A DNA stretch of 56,630 nt, counting the filler, from Dugesia japonica (taxonomy: Eukaryota), in NCBI GenBank assembly GCA_001938525.1. It is 4 parts of 4 records of this genome, joined end to end, with 100 filler letters (N's around TTAATTAATTAA, not from the genome) between each part and the next. Parts side by side here need not be neighbours in the genome. Positions count along the whole stretch, not along the records: positions 17,655 to 34,599 come from MQRL01648497.1; 3 more parts are not named here. One strand, given 5' to 3'. Under the pieces are notes generated by a model, which had not been told where the DNA came from, did not search any database, and saw only the letters and a list, made by a program, of their open reading frames with translations. Below are positions 23,235 to 32,821 of this stretch, one piece after another (within the stretch, counting starts at the first letter, position 1; each line of letters opens with the position of its first letter). The translations under genes and the position numbers were made by a program.

Positions 23235-25724
23235 ATTACATACGACGGCTGCTCTAACTGTGCAATTTGAGGAGTGAATGAGACGCCAATAATTCCTTTG
23301 TGAGTATTTCCAATATAACCTATAAGTTATCGTGCGTTCGGCTTGTCCGCGAGTCCGGCTTATCTATAATAAGACTTTATTTTAAAAATATGTTAAATTT
23401 TTGTATTCCGGCTTATACACGAGTCCGGCTAATCGACAAGAATTTAGGGTACTTCATTAATATTATTACCTTTAACATAATCATATGGAAATAGTATTTT
23501 CTTTGGATGAAGATTAAATGATCTTAAATGATTATAATTATTAGATTCATTTAACGTTTCTCCCATTTTCTCAACTGAAGTTTGAGTACAAATTCTTGCT
23601 GAATCTAAAAATCTTATGTTTCCGAATTCAAAAGCAATATAAACTTCATCACTATGTGGAATTATTTTTCTAACTTTACCTGGATATTTACTAATTTATT
23701 CTTTGAAAAATAAATGATTATCATATCCAGTGCATTGTTAAAATAAAAAGGAATAAATAAACCTTTTATCAATTTATCTTGTAAATTACATTTAGAATAA
23801 GAATAACCTCTAAATTCACCATTAAAGTGATCGTGATCAAGTACTGGGGTTTCAGTTATTTCTTTATCACAATAACGACAATTTTATAACGACAATTTTG
23901 ATAAAGGTTTTTGTTTCTTTTTATTGATGTCAGTACAACTTTCAAAGTCACCATAAATTGAAAAAGGTAATTTATTTTTATAATAGTAATTCTGATAATA
24001 ATAACTATATGGTTTTGGAAAAACTACATTTGATATTTCATGATTAATGCATTCTTTCTGATGATTAATTAGTAAATCTTTACTAGAATAACAATTCATA
24101 CATCTAATACACAAATGATTTTTATTTCTATTTGTTGTAAAAAATATTTGTAAATCTCTACATAAAAGAAATGGTGGGGACCTTTGGGTTTTGAATAAAC
24201 TAATAAATAACATTTATTTTCAGTTGATTTTGGTTTAGTTTCATAATGATTAATATATAAAGGTTCAAGTTCTTTAGAAGTATTAACAGTAAATACATTT
24301 ATTTTGAAATCATTTAACTTTTCAAATTTTGAATATAATCAATATGCACAGGAAATTTAATTCCAATTGTATTTAATTCTAATAAATAAGGAATATATTT
24401 TTCTACTCTAATAGGGTTATTTACAAATAAATGTTTTTGGGCTAAAATTGAATATAAAAAACATTTATCATCATTATATTTAATATTAATTACTCCTGGT
24501 TTTGAAAATGGTAATTTTTGGTAAGATTCTCCAGCTAAAGATTGATATTTAGAAAGTTCTTTTTTAAAATCAACAATATAATTTAAATTCCATCCTGATT
24601 CATTTTTATGGGACCCTTTAGGGTCTTCATCTTCGATAAATCTTTGAAGTTGATTTGAAATATCATTAACTCCAACATCAATTTCACTTGCAATTGTAAA
24701 TTGTTTATTTTGAGAATATGAATTAAAAATTCGTTCAACATTTTGCCCGTTTACATCTTTATTATAATTACAGTTTACACTCATTCGAACAATAATCTTT
24801 TTCACATAATTAAAATACTTGGTAATTATTTCTAAGATTTCAGATTGAAATTCATTAATCATTTTTACTTCTCTTTCCTGGCTTTCAAGATTTCTGGTTA
24901 ATTCTACTTTACTTTCGCTAAAAAATTCGATTTCATAGTCCTTATAAATTCTAAAGATATCTCTAATTTCAGGATCAAAATCAATAGCTTCTTCTCCAGG
25001 AAGTTGATCAAATAAAATTTTATTAACCATTTCTTAATGTGATTTTGAATTGAAATGTGCTTTATCATGATTTTGTCTTGTAAAATGTTTGTTACATATT
25101 TCACAAAACAATGGAACGTTCTCTAAAGTTCCACAATTAGTAGAATTCAAATGTTCCCTTAAACCACTCATAGATTTAAAAGTTTTTAAACATTTTGAAC
25201 AAGTAAATATTGTTCTGTTTAAATAACAACATCTTGATCTAACAGGACCTGTTAAACCCGATTTATTTTTAAAAACCTTTTTACAAAGTTTATTTGAACA
25301 AATCTAATTAGTAGTCATTTTAATTAAAGTTAATTTGGTCGAATAATAATTTTACCCCAGTTTGAAGGTGGTTATATTTTATTTTTGAGTGGCGTTAGAA
25401 GTTTTAACTGTATAATTTGGTAAATCACTTTTAGCCACACAAACTCTTTTTACATCATATTCATATTCTTCTGGCACTTTCACCCGAGTTAATCTTTCCT
25501 TTAAATTATCATGTTTTTATTACATCATTTACAATATTAATACAATCCATACCTGTTAATTTTACATTATCATCTTCCCATTTAATTAATGAAAGTTTTA
25601 TACTTGGATGTTCAATATATTTTGGTTTTTGTTCTAAATTATACAATTCTCTTAAATTGTTATGCTCATCCCTTTCTTTTTGATAATCACTTTCCAACGG
25701 TTTTATATTTTCTAAATATTGTTT

Positions 25725-26027
25725 CTATTTTTTAGATAAAGTATTTATTATTTCTCCTTTACATTCAGATTCACAAAATTTAGAAAGCATTATTATTAAT
25801 AATGTTTGAAACTTTTCACTATCTTTAAAATTCGCAACTTGAGAATACATTTCTTTTAAAGTACCAAAATATTTATTTGCTGTTTTCTTTGTAATTTCAC
25901 ATTTAGTAAAATTATTAATTTCTTCTAAACTAAAATTTTCAAGTTTTGACAAATCCCTTATAGTATTATACAAAGTATTTAAAGTTAAAACTTCTTTTGA
26001 TTTAGAAAATGCTTTATTACTAGCCAT
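25725..26027 (-). CDS. Small Polinton accessory ORF, unknown function
   Basis: 100-aa ATG-initiated ORF, co-oriented with and upstream of pPolB, inside the element. Confidence 0.45.
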   Translation of the reverse strand: MASNKAFSKSKEVLTLNTLYNTIRDLSKLENFSLEEINNFTKCEITKKTANKYFGTLKEMYSQVANFKDSEKFQTLLIIMLSKFCESECKGEIINTLSKK

Positions 26028-26493
26028 TTTCTTTAGTGAAAAAATAAATCCCCTTTTACCTGGGGACAGATCTAACAGTTTTTTCCATAAATTTTATAAA
26101 ACTTTCATTATCCATTTTAAGATAATCTACTTTGAGTTTTTGTGGTTGTTGATAGGGGTTTTGAATGGGTCTAATAGGATTTTTTTCAAATCGTTTTATT
26201 AAAGATTTATATTGTCCATTAACATCTCTTTCTGAAAACTTAATGTTTTTTTCTATTATATAGAATATTAAATTCTTTAAAATATTTTGTTACTGTTTTT
26301 TCATTTACAATATTTTGTTTACAAAACCTTGAAATAGGGTTTTCTAAAAAGTTATAATTTTTTAAGAGTTTATAAAAATCACTTTCCATTATTTCTTTAC
26401 TAACCATTTTATTAATAAAAAATTTATTATACGATACGATTACTGTATGATACCATTACTATACAATACGATTACTTTTCAATTACTAGACGA

Positions 26494-26808
26494 TTACGAC
26501 ACCATAACAAAATCACAAAAATAATAATAAAAACTACTGTTTAATTTAGATATTATATTTTTTATTTTTTCTAATTTTTCTTTTGTTGTTTCTAATTCTT
26601 CTTTTAAAGTTTCATTTTCTACTACTAAACCATAAATTGTTTCCCCAGCTAAATCCATAGCTTCTTCTAATAGTTTATATTTAGGGGAAATATTTTTTAA
26701 TATTATATTTTGTTCTTTTACTGAGGAATTTAATACTTGAACATAGTTTTTTTTAAATTCTTTCATAAATACTGGATCTTGTTTTATATCTTCCAAAATA
26801 TCTTCCAT
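26494..26808 (-). CDS. Small Polinton accessory coiled-coil ORF, unknown function
   Basis: From MEDILEDIKQDPVF..., with heptad-rich VENETLKEELETTKEKLEKIK. The upstream extension in the ORF track is a simple repeat. Confidence 0.45.
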   Translation of the reverse strand: MEDILEDIKQDPVFMKEFKKNYVQVLNSSVKEQNIILKNISPKYKLLEEAMDLAGETIYGLVVENETLKEELETTKEKLEKIKNIISKLNSSFYYYFCDFVMVS

Positions 26809-26940
26809 TTTTCTAAAAATAAAATTTAATAAACTCAAAATTAATAAAATCAAAATTAATAAACTCAGAATCAAAATCCAAAAACTCAAAATACAATTAA
26901 TAAGGACATAAAGTTAAAATATAAAGACATAATGAGTAAT

Positions 26941-27098
26941 AAGGTAAATAAGAATTGCAGCCAGGAAAATGTTTATACGAAATCCGCACTGGCAAATCAC
27001 TTTTAAAGAATAATTGCAACCATACATCGAATAATTCCATTACTTATGCAGCATGCTGTATTGGAGTGTACCCCCTGGCTGCAATTCGTATTTAGCCT
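26941..27098. mobile_element. Small MITE with ~25-bp TIRs
   Basis: AAGGTAAATAAGAATTGCAGCCAGG versus the reverse complement of CCTGGCTGCAATTCGTATTTAGCCT, flanked by AT on both sides. Confidence 0.65.
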
Positions 27099-27169
27099 AT
27101 TACTAGCCACAGTCACAGTATAGTTTAGATAACACAGAACACACACAGATTATAGTAATACCACAACTC

Positions 27170-27958
27170 CAGCCACAGCCTTTTCTGAGAGAACCAAGCA
27201 TGTTTTGTGAAAAGTAAAATTATATTCATATATAGATTTTTATTCTGAGTTTAATGGTCTAAAAATATTTTATAAATTATTATAATTATTTTAATTATAA
27301 TTATAATTCATAATTAATTAATATTATTTCTTGAAAGAAGAATTTTTCATTCAGCAAACCATATATAAAATATGTTCAGTTTTGTATTCTGAGTTTAACG
27401 ATTCTAAATCTGTTTGCTTATCACAAGTATTTTCAGAGTAAATAATTTCTTTAATTTAAGGTGGGGCATGGTACCCAGTAATTTCTTATCTTTTGAACCA
27501 AACATATTTACACAACAAACCCTATATAAAATATGTTTGGGATTTTAATTTTAATTAAATGCCATCATTTTTATGACCATACGACAAATATTGGCCGAGA
27601 AATTAAAAAGAACAAGTCAAAGTGTTCCCGTGCGCTACCACCTTTATCTTGAAAACTAAAATTATTTATATAGCAAATCCTTTACAAAAAATGTTTAATT
27701 TTTAATTCTATGACCATCAATACCAAATTTGAAACCATAGGATAAAATTTGATAGAAAAATTTAAAAAACCAATTTTCAATATTTGACCTTCCAGAGCAA
27801 ATATTCGACCGTCCCAACCAACATTCAAAAAATTCTTTCATGTATTCGTAACGTCCAATCAAAATCCTACTTGTCAAAACACCAAAACAGTTAAATTGTG
27901 AAGAACAGTCGACGGCGAGGGGGGGTACGGTTCCAGTGCGCTACTATCTATCTATTCT
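27170..27958 (-). repeat. Polinton terminal repeat (same family as 1560-2577)
   Basis: TTTTCTGAGAGAACCAAGCATGTTTTG... aligns with 1996-2130. It ends with the G-run plus GTGCGCTACTATCT motif. Confidence 0.7.
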
Positions 27959-28559
27959 AAGCAAAAATTAAGTAAACAAATTTAGATCTTTTTTGAAATA
28001 TTTTTAACTTTCTAAACAACTCCTACCGAATTAATGGACTTCTTAAAACCTTAAATCTCCACTCATATATTGGCTGTTGTCTTCATATTGGTTCTCGTCT
28101 CTTTCTTTAAACCCTATATAAATAGTCTCATAGATTTCAGTTTGTCTGCTTAATCCAGCAAACAGAGCTTTCAGTATATTTCTATCCTTCTCATGAATTA
28201 CAAATAGAAACAGACTAAATTTAGATCTTTTTTATTGAAACTGGTTTCTAAAATAAAATATTAATTTATTATGAAATAAAAAATAATTACTTTGAAGTCA
28301 TAAATAATTGCAGTCTTCAGAAAGAACAACTTGTAATTGAGGAAGTCTGTAACTTTTCCTAGTTCTACAGTTATCGTTGAGGCATTTGCCTTATTGAGTT
28401 AGTTTTCTTGCATTTTTGAATTGTAAAAGTGATTAATTTTGTGCAAACCTTTCTATATATACTACTTGCAATACACACATACTCATTATTTGTATTTATG
28501 ATTAGTTACCTTGTTTATATAATTAGGACTTGTTTTTTAAAATAAATTCAATTATTACA

Positions 28560-29018
28560 AAATGAAACATGTGAAATTCTTTTTGAAAACACTGTCAAAG
28601 AGAAAATGGACTTGAAAATGATACTAACCAAGAAGAAATAGAAAACATCATTGCAACCATCAATATTAATGCAGAACAAACAGTCATTCAAGATAAAAAG
28701 ATGGAAGATGCATACCCTGACGAGAAAGACGATGGTGTTTGCTTTGAATATTTAAATAAAAGATAAAAACATTATTAAAAACATTACTTTATTTAATTTT
28801 CCTTTTAGATTTAGCCAAAGAGATATTGAATGAAAGGTTTCCAGAATATTATAATGGCTGTGAACTGATGACTACGATGGAATATTTCACTCATATCTTG
28901 CGAACAACTGGAATTGATATGGATTGAATTATGAACGATTTCATCTAGGAACTGAGATTTAATTTCCCGACAAATATAAACAAGACTCATTATGAAATTT
29001 TAAAAAACATATTCTGAG
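28560..29018 (+). pseudogene. Decayed two-exon gene of unknown function
   Basis: ENDTNQEEIENIIATIN...EKDD|gtgttt..ttttag|DLAKEILNERFPEYYNGCELM...EILKNIF*, with internal stops. TATA-like CTATATAAA at ~28113 followed by TCAGTT. Confidence 0.4.
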
Positions 29019-29099
29019 AATGACTGAAGCATTTGAAAACTAATGTAATAATGTGCTAAGAAATAAATGTTTTACTTGATAATTGTATTGCCTTATTTA

Positions 29100-29640
29100 C
29101 TTTTAATATATGGATAATACAAGGTAACTGTGCAAATAATAACCTCACAAATCTTATATTATACAGCTGCTATGTAAAAAATTCAAGTTCAAAACTTTAT
29201 AATACACGTTTAATATGTAAATAATACACTCATAAAGCCTATAATACACGGTTACTATGTAATTATTACAAGGTAACTACACAAATTATAAACTCATAAA
29301 CCCTATATTACATGGTTGCTATGTAAATAATAGAAACATAAATCTTATAATACACGGTTACTATGTACATAATATACTCATAAACCCTATTATACAGGGT
29401 TACTATGTAAATAATACACTCATTAACCATATATAGTAATAACAACATTTACTTATAAGTTTTATAAAGGCCTTTGTATATTTTACAGGAATCTTTAGTA
29501 ATATATATGAAAGATTTTCACTCTCACAAAACCTATGATGTAAATTGTTATGTAAATAATACAAGGTACCTATGCAAATAAAATCACTCATAAACCCTAT
29601 ACACTCATAAACCCTATATAGATATCAAAATATTTACTTA
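29100..29640. repeat. ~42-bp minisatellite (TAAACCCTATAATACACGGTTACTATGTAAATAATACACTCA-like)
   Basis: Many diverged tandem copies are visible. The same unit forms 30930-31790. Confidence 0.9.
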
Positions 29641-29917
29641 TAAGTCTTGTTTACATAGACTTCTTAGTTATATATTGAAATGTTCCATGAATTGATTTTT
29701 ATGAAAAAAGTCTGTTTATTTTTTATCATTTTGTGCAGAAATGTTCCCAGCTAATATGGTTTTATGAAAAATTGTCACAACTAATTTTTATTTTTTATAG
29801 AAAAATTGACAATCTTCATTTTATTTAAATTTTAATTTTAAAATACATTATTTTTAAAAGTAAAAACTAAATAAAACTAAGAAGAAAAGACTCAAATAAT
29901 AATAGATTTATTTTTAT

Positions 29918-30228
29918 TTACCTAAAACAAAAATAATTCTCATAATTGTGAAGGTCATTCTGATGGTTCTCCATAGCTACCATCAGATAAAACTTTGCGC
30001 ACCCGAAAAAATCAGGTGCACAAAAATCAACTTCCATAAACTTGTTGATAATAACTTCCGGAAGCAATGGATTCTTTTCTTCGTTCAGGATCCCCCGTTC
30101 TTCGCATAAATCAACGAGCATTCCTACATTAAATTTATTAATAAAATTAAAAAATTAATAAAAATCAAATCTCTCTTACTAAAATCCTATTCCATTTTTT
30201 TTAGTTTCTCAATAATTGTTGAATTCAT
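29918..30228 (-). pseudogene. Small two-exon Cys-containing protein gene, copy 2
   Basis: The 67-aa ORF (DFCAPDFFGCAKF) is a paralog of 17219-17422. Exon 1 MNSTIIEKLKKME*DF splices in frame (A|GA) to MLVDL but carries a stop. Confidence 0.6.
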
Positions 30229-30328
30229 TTTATTTTTTTAAATTACAAGAAATACTAATGAAAAGCAATATATATATCCATAATAAAAAATGACACCGTA
30301 ATATATTTATTATTTGAAATTTAAATAT

Positions 30329-30834
30329 CTAAATTTTGATTGATATTTTTTGTAATTGAATTGTAAAAGGTTTGCATTCGTGTTGCGAATTTTTAATACA
30401 GTTGAATAAATTTGAAATAAAGCTATCCACATCTCCCTGGAAATTCAAATTTTAAAGACCAAGCATCATCATCTTCCTTGTTGAAAACACATTTACACGC
30501 AAAGGGTCATATTTTACAAGTCCTAGAGCTGGAAATAACTCTGGCTCAAACCAACAGTTGGCTATTCTTACTTATTTATACAAGTTTATTGAAACTTTCA
30601 TATTTACGACAATGGATAGCTATTTTAATTGTAAATTTTTTATATCCTAGGGTTCAAATCATGCGGTTCCAATGGTTTCTCACAACCCATTATTCTACAA
30701 TTTCCTGATCTGAAGAATATAATTGTAAATTTATCACTTTTGACTTGGAATTGACATGGTTTGCCTNTTGGAAAGCTCATTTGCTTTGTTACTTATTGCG
30801 ACACTTCACCTCTGTAATTAATATTGATTATCAT
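30329..30834 (-). pseudogene. TATA-binding protein (TBP)-like gene, intronless, decayed, inside a Polinton-type element
   Basis: Hand translation: MIININYRGEVSQ*VTKQMSFPXGKPCQFQVKSDKFTIIFFRSGNCRIMGCEKP...[frameshift]...LSIVVNMKVSINLYK*VRIANCWFEPELFPALGLVKYDPLRVNVFSTRKMMMLGL*NLNFQGDVDSFISNLF. This matches both TBP repeats (TALIFSSGKMVCTGAK; YEPELFPGLIYRMxKPxIVLLIFVSGKVVLTG). Confidence 0.85.
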
Positions 30835-30929
30835 AATTAATGAGGAACATTGGGGTTTTGATGGATTTAATTAAATTGAATGAATAAATTAAAGGAAATC
30901 AAGATAAAGAAATGATAATCAATTTATTC

Positions 30930-31790
30930 TATGTACAAAATACCCTCATAAGTCTTATATTTCACAAACCTTATATATCATGGTTGCTGTGTAAATATTA
31001 CAAGGTAACTATGCAACTAATATAACCATAGACCTTATAATACATGATAACTATGTATTTATACACTCATCATCCTTATAATTCTTATATTACACGGTTA
31101 ATATTTAAATAATACAAGGTAACCACACAAATAATAAAATCATAAAACAGTAGGTAGATAGTAGAAGTCTTAGCCAGCACACATTTGGTGAACCCCTCCT
31201 CCTGACCTAATGAAATTTGATAGGATTAAGTGGCTATACATTTTCCTGTGTATTAAGTTGGGAAAAACGTTTTTTGGCTGGTTCGAATGAATTTGGTCCA
31301 TTATTTCCTCGGGATTGGTAATGTAAATATAACACTCATAAAACTTATATTACACGGTTAAAATGGAAATAATATACTCATAAACCCTATAATACAAGGT
31401 TACTATGTATTAACACACTCATAATTCTTATAATACATGTTTGCTATGTAAATAATACAAGGTAACTATGCAAATCATATACTCGTAAACCCTATAATAC
31501 ATGGTTACTATGTATTAATACACTTATAATACATGTTTTTTATGTAAATAATAAACTACTAGTCCTTATAATACATGGTTACTATGTATTTATACACTCA
31601 TAATCCTTCTAATCCTTATAATACACGGTTATTATATAAATATTAGACTTATAAACCGTATAATACACGGTTACTATGTAAATAATGCACACAAAACCAT
31701 ATATTAATTGGTTGTTATGTAAATAATATATTCATAAACCCCATATACTCATTAACCTTATACAATCATAGCAATATTTTCTTATAAGTT
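30930..31790. repeat. ~42-bp minisatellite, second block (interrupted at 31149-31318)
   Basis: Same unit as 29100-29640. It is interrupted by a fragment starting AGTAGGTAGATAGTAG. Confidence 0.9.
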
Positions 31791-31879
31791 TTTATATAGA
31801 CTTAATAGTACTATATGGAAAGGGTACATGAATTTATGATTTTTAGTGAAAAAATGTCTTATATTTTTATCACTTTTTA

Positions 31880-32821
31880 TAAAATAGCTCACAGCGAATG
31901 TGTTCTAAGAAAAAGTTCTGTTTTTATGAAAAATGTCTGTTTTTATTTTGTAAAAACGTTCTATGTTTTTTTCCTTTTGCATAGAAAGTTGTTACTAAAT
32001 ATGTGTTTATTATACAAAAATTATATGACTAATGTTTTTTTTAGAGAATATTACGTAGTTAATGTTTTTCATATGAAAAAAGTTCTTTTTTATATGTTTT
32101 ACATCAAATACTCAAAAGTACCATTACTTTCATTAAATTCATCAATTTAAACAAAATACAGCATTTTTAACCAAAATAAAGATTTTAAATATTACTTACA
32201 AAATAAACCAATCAAATTCAAGCCCTTAAAATAAAAAATCAAAGCACATTCGACATCCCACCATCTTCCCCATCACATTACCTTTCCAACAACCCATCAA
32301 CTAACAAATTCCATCAAAAACATACAAACCTACAGCCTACCTAAAAACCACCCACAATAACTCATAAGCACTGTGCCGGTGCTCTGATACCCTAATAACG
32401 AAAACCATCCAACCAAACTCAACTGTCCTTTAGACAATATTTAGACCAAATTTTTGTCCAACCACAACCAAATCTTGAAAACTACAAAAAAATTATTTCC
32501 AAGATCTCCAGCTCCTGCTCCTCGTTTTTCCACTCTTACAGACACAACCACACACACAAACTCAACTTTACCTACTTTTTAAAAACCACCTTAGCAAACC
32601 AAACACACACANNNNNNNNNNNNNNNNAAACACACACATCCAGGATCAAAAAAACTGATCCGATCAACGAAAAATTTGATTAGATCCAAAATTTTTTGAT
32701 CCCAAAAATCTTAGAAAAAAAACGCAGCTCAAGCGTAATGTGTTTCCGAGTCCCTCCCCTGGGGAAGGGGGTGCGCGATAACTCATTAAAATGTTTGCCC
32801 GTGCGCTACTATCCCACTACT
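31880..32821 (-). mobile_element. Polinton-type right terminus with subterminal ~32-bp repeats
   Basis: The reverse complement of the end, AGTAGTGGGATAGTAGCGCACGGGCAAACATTTTAATGAGTTATCGCGCA, matches 7240 AGTAGTGGGATATTGGCACACTGTCCCAATTTTAAAAGCAGTTATCGCGCA. The subterminal repeats are inverted relative to 7780-7890. Confidence 0.75.

Larger units (their letters stand above)
21287..23449 (-). mobile_element. Pogo-superfamily DNA transposon (POGK-like transposase) inserted in pPolB
   Basis: TIRs CCCTAA(G/A)TTCTTGTC..AGCC with TA duplication (21285-21286, 23450-23451). Removing it restores the frame ...FPYDYVKGNNINEV|IELLKRNKKPSKEDF. Confidence 0.95.
19454..25318 (-). pseudogene. polB: Protein-primed family B DNA polymerase (pPolB) of a Polinton, with N-terminal zinc fingers and an EndoVII/HNH-like insert; split by a pogo insertion
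   Basis: Motifs in order: Zn fingers (CSKC..H, CEICNKH..H..H), INIKYNDDKCFLYSILA, CIRCMNCY..HQKEC, exonuclease IYGDFES, CRYC..DHDHFNGEFRG..KCNL, FLDSAR, LFPYDY, MFRGGFS, YLDENSLF (motif A), KLLNNSFYGK (B), YSDTDS (C), YDDK. Several stops and frameshifts. Confidence 0.95.
17655..27958 (-). mobile_element. Decayed Polinton/adintovirus-like element with EndoVII-type pPolB, bounded by a terminal repeat
   Basis: Contains the gasdermin-X-like ORF, the pPolB pseudogene, small accessory ORFs, and a terminal repeat 27170-27958 ending GTGCGCTACTATCTATCTATTCT. Confidence 0.85.

Noticed and set aside
30478-30708. 76-aa plus-strand ORF
   Set aside because: It is the antisense shadow of the TBP-like pseudogene and has no recognisable motifs.
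29100-31790. CRISPR-like array
   Set aside because: The units are contiguous diverged tandem repeats without unique spacers, the context is eukaryotic, and there are no cas genes.
7240-32821. A single intact 25.6-kb Polinton bounded by the two AGTAGTGGGATA termini
   Set aside because: The flanking 6-mers differ (TATATT vs TGTTTT), the TIRs diverge quickly, an artificial linker lies between them, and another terminus sits at 27958.
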